Translations under genes and position numbers: made by a program | Origin: Myxococcota bacterium | GTDB taxonomy: Bacteria > Myxococcota_A > UBA796 > UBA2385 | Length of the DNA: 47,096 bases | Assembly (NCBI GenBank): GCA_044344255.1 | Contig: JBIJDH010000041.1 | Coordinates: forward strand, 1-47,096 | Direction: 5' to 3' | The notes under the pieces: model-generated | Seen by the model: only the letters and a program-made list of their open reading frames with translations | Database searches by the model: none | Told to the model about the DNA's origin: nothing | Shown: positions 26,074 to 35,499 of the stretch, one piece after another | Numbering within the stretch: position 1 is the first letter of the stretch | Layout of the letters: each line of letters opens with the position of its first letter

Positions 26074-27915
26074 ATGGACTCCATGCCCGCTCTGGTCGAC
26101 CAGTTCTGCCCCAACGTCCACGACGCGGCGATCACCGCTGCGGCCTATGATCCGAGCAGCGGCACGATCGCGACGGCCGACGAGCACGGGATGGTCGCCG
26201 TGCAGCGCCCCGGCGAGGCCACACCGGGCCTCGTCTTCCACCCTGGCGGCCCGGTGCACGGGGCGATCGGCCTCATCCGGGGCGGCAGCCTGGTGGCGGT
26301 GGGTGACGAAGACGGCACGGTCGGGGTGTACCGCACCGACAACGGCGAGGCCGTGTTCCTCGAGCAGCGCGAGGGCGCCCGAGGCCGAGTTCGGGCCATG
26401 CGCGGCGTCGCGATCAGCCCCGAGGGGGCCAACGTCGCCGCGATCGCGCGAGACGGCCTGCTGCGGGTCTGGTCGCTCCACCGCGACGAACGAAACGCCT
26501 GGAAGGGCTTCGGCGGCGTGTCGGTGGAGTTCGACTCCCGGGGTGAGCGGCTGCTCGCGATGGACGACACCGGGCAGCCTCGCCTGATGGACCTCCGGAG
26601 CCTGCAGGCCCTCTACATGGACCGCCTGCAGACGAGCGCCGACTACGCGCGCTTCAGCCCCGACGGCACGATGGTGGTGGCGGCGGGCCAGGCTGGGATC
26701 TCGCTCCTCCGCGTCTACGACGGTGCCCTGGTCGGGAGCTTCGCCACCCGCGGCGGATCCGGGATCATCAACCTCTTGCTCTCTCCAGAGGGTGATCAGG
26801 CCGGCGCGGTCTCCCAGCGCAGCGTCCACGTGTTCTCGCTGCCCGACCTCCAGCCGGTCGACAGCCGAAAGCACGGGGCGCCCTCCCCCACCGGGGCCGG
26901 TGTATGGACCCCGCAGGGCATCCGCGTCGCCGGTAACGACGGCCTGCTGCACATGGGGGGCACGGGCTCCGCGGGCCCGGTCACCGTGGTGGGGGGCTTC
27001 GGCGAGGCGCGGCTGGCCGCGCACGGCGACCGTGTCGCCTGGTGGAACGGGCAAAAGCGGGTCCTCGAGCTCACCACCAAGTCTCCGCCGCGAGAGCTCC
27101 ACGTGGAGCGGGACGGCCGCTTCGTGGTCTGCGTGCCGAACAACGGCCCGATCGAGGTCTACAACCTCCAGACGGGCAAGCAGGTCTTCGACGGTGGGCC
27201 CGAGTCCAGCGGCGCTCCCGAGGTGGCAGTGGGCGGCAACATCGTGGCGGTGCGGCAGAAGAGCGGCGGCTGCCGGTGGTGGGATCTCGGTCACAACCGT
27301 GGTTACGAGCTCAAGTGGCCCACGGCGATGGCGCTCTCCAACGGCGGCACCTGGCTCGGCGTGGTCACCCCGCGCGGCGCGGTGAAGATCATCGATCCCA
27401 CCTCCGGGCGCGACGCCGTCCCCGCGCCGAAGCCGCTCGCCGAGGTGCCGATCCGGCTGCTCACCTTCGTGAACCGGCGCCCCGACATGATCGTGCTCGA
27501 TCGGGACGGCGTGCTCTCCCACTATGACCTCTCCGCCTCGGCGCGCTCGAACCAGCCCGCAGAAGGGCGGGACGTGATCACGATCAACGTCGAGGTGGAC
27601 CGCATGTGGGGCATCTCGGGCGGGCAATACTGCGCCCTGCGCCTCCCCGAGGCCGACTCCGCGAGCGTGCTCTTCGTAGACGTCCACGCCTGCGAGGTCG
27701 TGCACGAGGTGACTGGGCTCGCGCGTAACGTCTGGGTAGACGCGGAGAATGGCCTCATCCTCGAGCCCGGCCGCGCCGCCGCCTTGGTCGAGCGCGAGAT
27801 GGACGGCCGCGAGCGACGCGTCCTGCGCGCCCTTCCGGACGGCGAGTGGATCAGCTTCGGCTGGCGCGGCATCCTCGACGCCAGCGCCAACGCGGGCGGG
27901 GTGATGGTGGGATGA
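26074..27915 (+). CDS. WD40-repeat (probable double beta-propeller) protein
   Basis: ATG 26074. HDAAITAAAYD...TADEHG.V, VGDEDGTVGVY, AISPEG...DGLLRVWSL, FSPDG repeats. Confidence 0.8.
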   Translation: MDSMPALVDQFCPNVHDAAITAAAYDPSSGTIATADEHGMVAVQRPGEATPGLVFHPGGPVHGAIGLIRGGSLVAVGDEDGTVGVYRTDNGEAVFLEQREGARGRVRAMRGVAISPEGANVAAIARDGLLRVWSLHRDERNAWKGFGGVSVEFDSRGERLLAMDDTGQPRLMDLRSLQALYMDRLQTSADYARFSPDGTMVVAAGQAGISLLRVYDGALVGSFATRGGSGIINLLLSPEGDQAGAVSQRSVHVFSLPDLQPVDSRKHGAPSPTGAGVWTPQGIRVAGNDGLLHMGGTGSAGPVTVVGGFGEARLAAHGDRVAWWNGQKRVLELTTKSPPRELHVERDGRFVVCVPNNGPIEVYNLQTGKQVFDGGPESSGAPEVAVGGNIVAVRQKSGGCRWWDLGHNRGYELKWPTAMALSNGGTWLGVVTPRGAVKIIDPTSGRDAVPAPKPLAEVPIRLLTFVNRRPDMIVLDRDGVLSHYDLSASARSNQPAEGRDVITINVEVDRMWGISGGQYCALRLPEADSASVLFVDVHACEVVHEVTGLARNVWVDAENGLILEPGRAAALVEREMDGRERRVLRALPDGEWISFGWRGILDASANAGGVMVG

Positions 27916-28718
27916 CCACCTCGGCCCCTCCGGGCGTGGCCCCGGCCGGCCTCGACGGCGCAGGCCTGCAGATCTTGGAGGAGGCAGAGGGTTGGCTGAC
28001 CGTGCTCAAGCCGGCCGGCGTCCCGGTGTTTCCACCGCATGGGGATCCGCTTGGCGACTGCGTTCTCTCCCGTCTGCTCCTCCGCCGCCCGGAGCAGGCC
28101 GGGCCCGACTGGGAGCGCGGCTTTGAGGGCGGGCTCTGCCATCGCCTCGACACGGGCACATCCGGGCTGCTGCTGGTAGCGAGGGCACCCGCGGCGCTGC
28201 GCCGCATCCGAGCCGCCTTCTCGTCGCATGGGCTGGAGAAGCGCTACCTCCTGGTCTCGGCCCGAGCGCCGGCTTGGCGCACCACCGAGATCGATCGGCC
28301 GATCGCCCACGATGCCCGTCGCCCAGATCGGATGATCGTCCAGCGGGGCGTGGACACCCCACACCGAGGGCAGTGGTACCCCGCGCGCACCACCTTCGAG
28401 CGCGCGCCATTCACCGTCGAGGGCGGCACCGTCTGGCAGGCGACGATGCGATCCGGGGTGATGCACCAGATCCGGGCGCACGCGGCCGCCGCTGGCTTGG
28501 CGCTCGCCGGAGACCGCCGCTACGGCGGCGGCGCGCCTCTCCCCTGGTTCGGGCCGCTCGAGCTCTGCCTGCACCACCTTGGGCTGTCCGGCGAGGGCCT
28601 TCACCCGCGGCCGGCGCCCCTGCCGAGCTGGCCGCTCCGCAGCCTGCCCACACAGCGCGCGCCTGTCGAGGGTGTGCCCGTCGAAAATGTGCCGCACGGA
28701 CACGCACGGGCGCGATAG
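27912..28718 (+). CDS. RluA-family pseudouridine synthase (no S4 domain)
   Basis: ATGA overlap with the WD40 gene. KPAG, HRLDTGTSG, KRYL, G.MHQIRAH, GDRRYG. Confidence 0.88.
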   Translation: MTTSAPPGVAPAGLDGAGLQILEEAEGWLTVLKPAGVPVFPPHGDPLGDCVLSRLLLRRPEQAGPDWERGFEGGLCHRLDTGTSGLLLVARAPAALRRIRAAFSSHGLEKRYLLVSARAPAWRTTEIDRPIAHDARRPDRMIVQRGVDTPHRGQWYPARTTFERAPFTVEGGTVWQATMRSGVMHQIRAHAAAAGLALAGDRRYGGGAPLPWFGPLELCLHHLGLSGEGLHPRPAPLPSWPLRSLPTQRAPVEGVPVENVPHGHARAR

Positions 28719-28742
28719 GCGAGTCAAACGCAGGAGCGGTGC

Positions 28743-29075
28743 ATGTCCTCCCTGATCACCTCTTTCGCCAGCATCCCCCAGGTCGCCTCCCTCAACGCGA
28801 CCCAGGGCGTCGCCGCGCCGCGAGGGGTCACCCGGAGCGCTGAGTCCTCCACGGTGACGGCCCCTCGTGGAGACTCCGCTGAGATCAGCAACTCCGCTCG
28901 GGTTCGCGCGATCTTCGGGGGAGACCTCGACTATGACGCAGACGACCGCGTCCTCCCCGCCGACAGCACCGACGTGGTGAAGGGAATCGGCGCCGCGTTG
29001 GCGCCGCGGGCAGACCTCTCCCCTCCCCTTCCCGCGCCCGAACCGTCGCCCGAGCGCCTGAACCGTCGAGCCTGA
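28743..29075 (+). CDS. Hypothetical protein (110 aa, low complexity)
   Basis: AGGAG RBS; Ser/Thr/Ala-rich; contains GDSAEISNSAR. Confidence 0.6.
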   Translation: MSSLITSFASIPQVASLNATQGVAAPRGVTRSAESSTVTAPRGDSAEISNSARVRAIFGGDLDYDADDRVLPADSTDVVKGIGAALAPRADLSPPLPAPEPSPERLNRRA

Positions 29076-29131
29076 GCCGCGAAGGATGCCAAACCCGCGG
29101 CGACTGCATAGGCAGAACAGCCGAGGGTTCA

Positions 29132-31690
29132 ATGCGACTTCCCCTGCTGGCCACCCTGTGTCTCACGCTGGCCTTCAGCGCCTGTAAAGAAGGGGCGACC
29201 TATAGCACCGGGGTGGCCATCATCACGCCAGCGGCGGATGATGCGTCCCGCCTCCAGAACGCGCTCGATCGGCTGAGCGCCGTGTCCTTGAGCTTCGAGG
29301 CCGCCGAGCGCGTGAAGAAGCAGGGCGGCGGTGTCGCCATCGATCGCCCTGCGCTGGTCCAAGGCGTGCCCTCCGGCCTCCCTTCGGTGTCGCTCCTGGA
29401 GGATCCGGCGCTGAAGCCCCTCCTCCTGGGCAATGATGAGGCCGCGCTGGCCAAGGCGCTGACCGAGCGCGGAGTGCAGACCGTCATCCTCCAAGGTCGC
29501 GCCGCCGCGGCCCTCGACCGCGGTCTCAACGTCCAGACCCGCCTCTACAACCACGACCAGCTCACCCACTTCTCGCTGTCGCGCGTCGGAACCGGAGGGC
29601 TGCTGGTCTACCAGGTGCTGAGCGAGCCCGTCACCTTCCCGCCCGAGATCGCCAACCTCTGCGTGCAGTACTTGACCGCTCGCCTCAAGGGCAACCGCGT
29701 GACGGGCTTCCCCACGCTGGAGGATGACGGCACCTGGACGCTGATGGCCACCGTACGCGGGCAGGGGCGCGAGATGGCCACCGCCTTCGCCCTCAACAAG
29801 TCGCTGCAGGGCTCCCTCGAGGAGCTCGTGAGCGACATCGAGCGCACCCATCGGCGGGGCGCCGAGCTCTCGGGCTTCCTCCCGATCAACCAGGCGATCG
29901 ACGACCTGACCATCGAGGTGCACCGTGTCGTGGAGCGGGCCACGATCGAGCCCCGGGATGAGGCCTTCCTCCAAGACTACTGGGAGATGGGCATCGACGG
30001 CGCCTACATCCTCACCACCGTCGAGGGCAAGCGGGAGCGGGCCGCCATCTCCGGCGCCGTCTCCTACACCCGATCTCTGCGCACCGCAGACCACTTCCTC
30101 CGCGAGGCGGCGCAGATCGGCGGCATGACCGAGCGCCGCCCCTGGCGCGCCGAGGGGGCCACGCTCGAGAGCCTCCGCACCCTGCACTACATGAAGATGC
30201 CGAAGGGCCCGCTGTTGCCGATGTACCGCGGCGCGCCGTTGATCAGCACCTCCCTGGTGACCCGAGCGGCCACCCGCGAGACGCTGCTCCGCGCCGGAGA
30301 CTGGTACCTGCAAAACATGGGGCCCGACGGGCAGGTCGTCTACAAATTCTGGCCGACCGAGAACCGCTACTCCGACGAATACAACATCGTCCGGCACACC
30401 CTGGCCACGTGGAACCTCGTCCAGGCCTGGAACCTCGACCAGAGACGGGCCGACTTCCTCGTCGGCGCCGAGGCCAACTTCCAGTTCACTCAGAAGTTCC
30501 TCAAGAAGGAGACCGGGCCGGATGGCAAGCCGATGACGTACTACGTCCATCAGCAGAACATCAAGCTCGGCACCGTGGTGGTCCAGCTCCTCGGCTTGAT
30601 CGACCTCGCGCGCGCGAAGAACGATCATCAGTGGGACGAGCAGATGAAGGAGATGGGTCGCTTCATCCTGTTCATGCAGGAGCCGAGCGGCACCTTCCGC
30701 GGGTACCACGTCCCGAAGGGCCACCCGTACGAGAACCAGAAGAACGACATCATCCCGGGCGAGGCGGCCCTCGCGCTGGCCACCCTGGCCACCTACTTCA
30801 ACGATCCCGCCTGGATCGCCACGTTGCCCCGCTACTGGGACTACTTCTACACGTGGTTTGACGAGCGCGCGGCGAAGCGGAAGGAGGGCATGCCCTGGCC
30901 GGCGCTCATCTACGACAACAATGACCGCCTGGACCTCGTCCAGATGGGCCCGTGGACGGTCATGGCCGCCTACGAGTACTACAAGCACACCCAAGACCCG
31001 AAGGTCGCCGCCTTCGGGCTGCGCATCGCTCGTTGGATGATCGACAGCTACATGTGGGACTCTGCCCGAGCTCCATTCCCCGACTATGTGGGCGGATACT
31101 ACAAGTTCGTCGGAGAGCTGCCCGCCATGCAGGCCTTTTGTTACGGCGAGGGCACCGCGGCCGCGTACAAGCTCGCCCTCGTCGCCAAGCCGGACGAGGC
31201 GGCCTACTTCGAGCAGCACACCCGCGAGATGGTGCGCTTCGGCATGCAGATGTCCTTCGATCCGACCAACACCTACGCCTTCAGCCGGCCCGAGCAGGTC
31301 GACGGCGGCATCCGCTACGCCATGAACGAGCCGAAGGTCCGGATCGACTACGTTTATCACGCGTTCTCGGCCATGTATCAGTGGTACGAGGGCGCGGGCA
31401 CCGACGCCGCGCTCGCCGCCTCGGTGAAGGACGGCCCCCTCCACCCCCTCCAGCTCTGGCGGCTCGACGAAGAGCGCAAGGCGGTCGAGGCTGCAAGGCC
31501 GGAGGGCGCGTCGCCGGAGGGCACCCCTCCTTCAGACGTGGTCTGGCAGCGCAAGAACCGCTTCTTCGTCCCGTATTACCGGCCGGATGTCTCTCGAGAG
31601 CTCATCATGCCGGGTGAAGCCATGAAAGCCCGCGACGGCGCCCGCCCGAGCGGTGATGATGACGAGGCGAAGGAGCCGGCCGAAGAATGA
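29132..31690 (+). CDS. Exported lipoprotein with an AMMECR1-like domain and a C-terminal alpha-helical barrel
   Basis: Lipobox FSA|C. AMMECR1-like segment (TVRGQG...LTIEV...MGIDGAYI). Barrel motifs YNIVRH, IKLG, PGEAALAL, GGIR...RIDYVYHAFSA. Confidence 0.75.
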   Translation: MRLPLLATLCLTLAFSACKEGATYSTGVAIITPAADDASRLQNALDRLSAVSLSFEAAERVKKQGGGVAIDRPALVQGVPSGLPSVSLLEDPALKPLLLGNDEAALAKALTERGVQTVILQGRAAAALDRGLNVQTRLYNHDQLTHFSLSRVGTGGLLVYQVLSEPVTFPPEIANLCVQYLTARLKGNRVTGFPTLEDDGTWTLMATVRGQGREMATAFALNKSLQGSLEELVSDIERTHRRGAELSGFLPINQAIDDLTIEVHRVVERATIEPRDEAFLQDYWEMGIDGAYILTTVEGKRERAAISGAVSYTRSLRTADHFLREAAQIGGMTERRPWRAEGATLESLRTLHYMKMPKGPLLPMYRGAPLISTSLVTRAATRETLLRAGDWYLQNMGPDGQVVYKFWPTENRYSDEYNIVRHTLATWNLVQAWNLDQRRADFLVGAEANFQFTQKFLKKETGPDGKPMTYYVHQQNIKLGTVVVQLLGLIDLARAKNDHQWDEQMKEMGRFILFMQEPSGTFRGYHVPKGHPYENQKNDIIPGEAALALATLATYFNDPAWIATLPRYWDYFYTWFDERAAKRKEGMPWPALIYDNNDRLDLVQMGPWTVMAAYEYYKHTQDPKVAAFGLRIARWMIDSYMWDSARAPFPDYVGGYYKFVGELPAMQAFCYGEGTAAAYKLALVAKPDEAAYFEQHTREMVRFGMQMSFDPTNTYAFSRPEQVDGGIRYAMNEPKVRIDYVYHAFSAMYQWYEGAGTDAALAASVKDGPLHPLQLWRLDEERKAVEAARPEGASPEGTPPSDVVWQRKNRFFVPYYRPDVSRELIMPGEAMKARDGARPSGDDDEAKEPAEE

Positions 31691-31817
31691 CGCGCCGGCT
31701 GCGTCGGACACGGTTGGGGGCGGAGCCCCTCCGCGACCGCGCGGGCCTCCCCTCGCCGCCAAACGGGTCCTAACCCCCGCTCTCTCACGATAAACCTTCC
31801 CTGAAGATGGAGCTCAC

Positions 31818-32612
31818 ATGCGCATGTCCCCGATGGTGATCGCCCTCGCTCTCCTCGCCGCCTGCAGCGGCAAGAACCCCCTCGAGTCTGATCCGCAGAC
31901 CTCCTACTGCGAGGCCGTGTGCCAGGACGCCGCCGACTGCGCCGCCGCCGAGCGGGGAGCCGACGCGGCCGCCCTCTACGAAGAGTGCCTCGCCGCCACG
32001 CACGCCGTGGACTCCTCCTGCGAGGAGGCCGAGTCTGGCGGCCTCGATCCTGCGTCCAGCGAGGCGCTGTCCGCCTGCACTGACGCTGTGGAAGGGGACG
32101 CGAGCTGCGACGACTACACCGGCTCCTACACCGAGCAGGAGAGCGGCACCCCGCCCGCCGAGTGTGCCAGCCAGGGCACCGACGCCAACGGCGTCTACGA
32201 CGCGGCCCAGGATTCGACCGAAGAGACCAACGACGAGCTCTGTGAGCGCTTCACGGACACGTTCTGCGAGCAGCTGACCGGCTGCATCGCCGAGACCCTC
32301 GGGGACGGCTACCAGGCCGCCGTGGACGCGATCGGCGTCGAGCCGGTCGAGCGCTGCACCACCTCGGTCTCTTCCCAGACCGAGTCCTGCAAGGCCGACG
32401 AGCTCTACGCTCCCGGCGAGAGCGCCACCGACCCCAACACCGCGCGCGAAGGCGCCCGCGAGTGCCTCACCGACTTCGCGGCCCTCACCTGCGAGCAGCT
32501 CTACGCAGGCGACCTCCCCGCCACCTGCGCCGCTGCGTTCACCGACACCGAGACCGCCACCGCCTTCGCCACCGCGATCGCGGGCGTCGCCACCGAGTAC
32601 ACGGGCGGCTGA
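31818..32612 (+). CDS. Cys-rich, highly acidic lipoprotein
   Basis: GGAG RBS, lipobox LAA|C, many Cys in CxxxC-type helical patterns, Asp/Glu/Thr-rich. Confidence 0.75.
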   Translation: MRMSPMVIALALLAACSGKNPLESDPQTSYCEAVCQDAADCAAAERGADAAALYEECLAATHAVDSSCEEAESGGLDPASSEALSACTDAVEGDASCDDYTGSYTEQESGTPPAECASQGTDANGVYDAAQDSTEETNDELCERFTDTFCEQLTGCIAETLGDGYQAAVDAIGVEPVERCTTSVSSQTESCKADELYAPGESATDPNTAREGARECLTDFAALTCEQLYAGDLPATCAAAFTDTETATAFATAIAGVATEYTGG

Positions 32613-32633
32613 GCCCCTGCCCGCGGGCAGGGC

Positions 32634-32906
32634 CTACAGGCTGCGCTTCATGAAGCCGTCGGCGTCCCGCTCGGGAGCCGGCGGCGCTTCGTTTGGGGGG
32701 GAGCCGCCGGGCGAGGCGCTCGGCCCGGCTCGTTGGGCGTCCCCCGGCTCCGGCTCCCCACGCGCCGGCCGACGTCGCGGCAAGACGGCCTCGGCGTCAC
32801 GCAGCTCGGCGTCGAGGGCGGCCTCTCGGGCGCCCCCCTCCCGGCTCTGGCTGCTCACCCGCACGCCCCCCTTGACGAGGTTGGCGATCCTGCCGAAGAA
32901 GCTCAT
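32634..32906 (-). CDS. Small hypothetical protein with a PspA-like N-terminal amphipathic helix
   Basis: GGAG RBS; MSFFGRIANLVKG, a short helix, then a Pro-rich tail. Confidence 0.6.
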   Translation of the reverse strand: MSFFGRIANLVKGGVRVSSQSREGGAREAALDAELRDAEAVLPRRRPARGEPEPGDAQRAGPSASPGGSPPNEAPPAPERDADGFMKRSL

Positions 32907-32939
32907 GGGGACTCCGTTCCACCAAGGTACGAGATCAAG

Positions 32940-33677
32940 CTACGGGATCGGCGCCCTCGGGGCAAGCGCCGACGGCGCCGCGCCCACCGCCGGGGCCGGA
33001 GCGGGGTGGAGCCCGTCCAGCGATGCCTGGAGCCCGGGATCGAGGGCCTCGGCGGGGCGACCGCGCAAGAGCAGCCAGTCGCCGCTCGGCCAAGCGGGGA
33101 GGCCGAGCAGCACATGGTCGAGGTAGAAGCTGCCAGGACCCCCACCGTAGGCCTCGTCTCCCGTCAGGGGGAGCCCGCGACCGGAGAGCAGCGCCCGGAT
33201 CTGATGTCGACGCCCGGTGAGCAGGCGGATGAGGAGGTGGAGCTCCCCCCGCCGCCCGGGGGCCGGGGCCGCGGCGAGGAGGTCCATGTGCGCGGCCTTA
33301 CCGCCCGACCGGACGAGCTCGACCCGCCCGCCGGCCTCGCGCAGGTAGCCGGAGATCCGCCCGAGCTCGACGCCCTCCGCAGGTGCCCTCACGCGCGCGA
33401 GGTAATGTTTGGCCCAGCGTCGCGCGGTGATCTGCGCCCCGTGAAAGGCGGCGCTCTCTCGGCTGAGCCCCACGACCAGCAGGCCCTGGGTGCCGCGGTC
33501 GAGGCGGTGGCAGAGGCGCGCGCCCGCGTGCCCCTGACGCCTCAGCCAGCCGATGAGCGAGGCGCCGTGCGGATCCGTGGTGAGCTCGGAGGCCATCCCC
33601 GGGGGCTTCCAGACCACCAGATCACCGGGCCCCTCTCGGAGGATCATGGGGGCGGGCGGCGGCGGGTGGCTGCGCAT
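32940..33677 (-). CDS. RluA-family pseudouridine synthase (no S4 domain)
   Basis: WKPPG, HRLDRGTQG, KHYLA, TGRRHQIRA, GDEAYG. Alternative start at ATG 33647. Confidence 0.88.
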   Translation of the reverse strand: MRSHPPPPAPMILREGPGDLVVWKPPGMASELTTDPHGASLIGWLRRQGHAGARLCHRLDRGTQGLLVVGLSRESAAFHGAQITARRWAKHYLARVRAPAEGVELGRISGYLREAGGRVELVRSGGKAAHMDLLAAAPAPGRRGELHLLIRLLTGRRHQIRALLSGRGLPLTGDEAYGGGPGSFYLDHVLLGLPAWPSGDWLLLRGRPAEALDPGLQASLDGLHPAPAPAVGAAPSALAPRAPIP

Positions 33678-33700
33678 CGGGGCCGGGCTTATCGGTTGGC

Positions 33701-34384
33701 ATGTCCCTCGACATCCTGCTCCAGGACAACCACCTGCTCGTGGTGGACAAGCCCGCGGGCTGTCCGGTCGTGCCCGATGACAGCGGTGACCTTTCGCTCC
33801 TCGATCTGGCGAGAGCGTGGATCCGCGAGGTCGCCCAGAAGCCTGGCAACGTCTTCGTCGGCGTGGTCCACCGCCTGGACCGGCCGGTGTCCGGCATTGT
33901 GCTCTTTGCCCGCACCAGCAAGGCCGCGGAGCGCCTGAGCGCCCAGCTCCGGGAGCACCAGTTCAAGAAGCTCTACCTCGCCCAGGCCCGCGGGAGCCTC
34001 CCGCGTTCGGAGGGCGAGGTGGTGCAGTGGCTGCGGAAAGATGAGGCCACCAACACCGTGCACGTGCTGCGCGGGCCGGCGCCGGGGGCGAAGCAGGCCA
34101 TCACCCGCTACCGGGTGCGCTCTCAGGTGGGGGACCTCTATGAGCTCGAGCTCGAGCCGGTGACCGGACGCTCCCATCAGCTCCGCGTGGCGATGGCCAG
34201 CCTGGGCGCGCCCCTGCTGGGCGATCTCAAGTACGGCGCCCTCGCCGCCCTTCCGGGCCGTAACATTGCGTTACACGCTACTTTATTGCAGTTCAAACAT
34301 CCAACGCTCGGAGAGGACGTCGTCGTGCGCTCCCCGCCTCCGTGGGCGCCCCGCGAGGAGGCGATCAGGGGATCGGCGCGCTGA
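33701..34384 (+). CDS. RluA-family pseudouridine synthase (no S4 domain)
   Basis: DNHLLVVDKPAG, VHRLDRPVSG, KLYLA, TGRSHQLRV, GDLKYG, LHA..L.F.HP. Confidence 0.93.
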   Translation: MSLDILLQDNHLLVVDKPAGCPVVPDDSGDLSLLDLARAWIREVAQKPGNVFVGVVHRLDRPVSGIVLFARTSKAAERLSAQLREHQFKKLYLAQARGSLPRSEGEVVQWLRKDEATNTVHVLRGPAPGAKQAITRYRVRSQVGDLYELELEPVTGRSHQLRVAMASLGAPLLGDLKYGALAALPGRNIALHATLLQFKHPTLGEDVVVRSPPPWAPREEAIRGSAR

Positions 34385-35447
34385 CGACCAGGCGCGGCGG
34401 GCCGCCACCGTCGGCGACGAACCAGGCCTCGAGCGTGCTGCCCACGGGCGGGGCCGGGAGGAGCAGGCGGCCTTGGAGGCTGAAGCGGGCCGCGGCGTCA
34501 GTCGACCAGCCCACGCGCTCGAGGCTGCCCGCGGCCACGGCGGCCTCTAACCAGGGCCGCTGCCCAGGATCGAGGACGCGCACCCAGGTCCATCCCGGGG
34601 CCCCAGGGTTGAGGCGGCCGCGGAGCTCGAGCTCCCCGTCGACCATCTTGGCGCTCAGCGTCGGCGGCCCGCCGGAGGGCTCGCCGCGGAGGGGCGGCCC
34701 GGGGGCCACGGTGCCGCTCGCGTAGGCGCGGATCAGGGGGGGCAAGTCGCGGACCGCGGCGGCGGTCTCCTGCAGGTCGAGCTCCGGGGAGAGCTCGTGG
34801 ACCTCGAGGCTCCCGCTCGGGCCGTCGATCACCAGCGCCGAACAAGACCAGCCCTTCAGCGGGCCCGAAGAGAGCGGCCAGGCGAGGCCCTCCACCCGGC
34901 TCGACGGCGCGCCGTGGATGATCAGGTTCGGGTTGAGCCACACGTCTCCCGCCGGACGTGGATCGAAGCGGAGGCCGACCCGGGACCGACGCTGTCCGGG
35001 GGCACCGCGGTAGCCCGAGGCCGAGAGCGTCCACCCGTCCGGGCCCTGCTCTCGGTAGAGGGCGGTGGTGCCGGTCTCCCAGCGGGTCACCCGCCAACGG
35101 GGATCGGCGGCGAGGCGGTCAAGGAGCGCGGCCTCGTGGGCCGCATCGAGGAGGCCGACGCCGCTCGAGTCGGCCTCGAGGCCGAAGCGGGTGCGGGCGC
35201 GGGTGAATTCCCGGAGATCGTCGGTGCTGACTGGCGGCTGGAGCAGCGGCGCACCGGCCTCGGCGCCGTTCGGCGGCGGCGCCGAGAGCGGCGAGGCCGG
35301 CGGCGGCGGGCCCGTAGGAGGGGGTGGCGGCGGCGGTGTCACCACCTCCGCGGCCTTCTTCTCCTTCTTCGGCTTGGCTGCGAGCGTGCCAGGGCCGACC
35401 AGCAGGCCGAAGCAGAGGGGGGCGAGCAGCCAGCGGCGGAGGGTCAA
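34365..35447 (-). CDS. Hypothetical exported protein with Lys-rich start and poly-Pro linker
   Basis: TTG start after GGAG, signal peptide (..GTLA|AKPKKEKK), PPPPPPPTGPPPP linker, high GC3. Confidence 0.65.
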   Translation of the reverse strand: MTLRRWLLAPLCFGLLVGPGTLAAKPKKEKKAAEVVTPPPPPPPTGPPPPASPLSAPPPNGAEAGAPLLQPPVSTDDLREFTRARTRFGLEADSSGVGLLDAAHEAALLDRLAADPRWRVTRWETGTTALYREQGPDGWTLSASGYRGAPGQRRSRVGLRFDPRPAGDVWLNPNLIIHGAPSSRVEGLAWPLSSGPLKGWSCSALVIDGPSGSLEVHELSPELDLQETAAAVRDLPPLIRAYASGTVAPGPPLRGEPSGGPPTLSAKMVDGELELRGRLNPGAPGWTWVRVLDPGQRPWLEAAVAAGSLERVGWSTDAAARFSLQGRLLLPAPPVGSTLEAWFVADGGGPPRLVVSAPIP

Positions 35448-35499
35448 GCGGTCTCCCGAGGGCGGCGGGAGTGTACCAACCGCCGAGGGTCCGCGCGGC

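Noticed and set aside
28690..28720. Sigma28 promoter upstream of the FlgM-like ORF
   Set aside because: Only a weak -10-like GCGATAG is present, with no TAAA at the proper spacing.
31716..31730. GGGGGCGGAGCCCCT REP-like mini-hairpin
   Set aside because: I noticed only one copy, and it is too short to support in GC-rich DNA.
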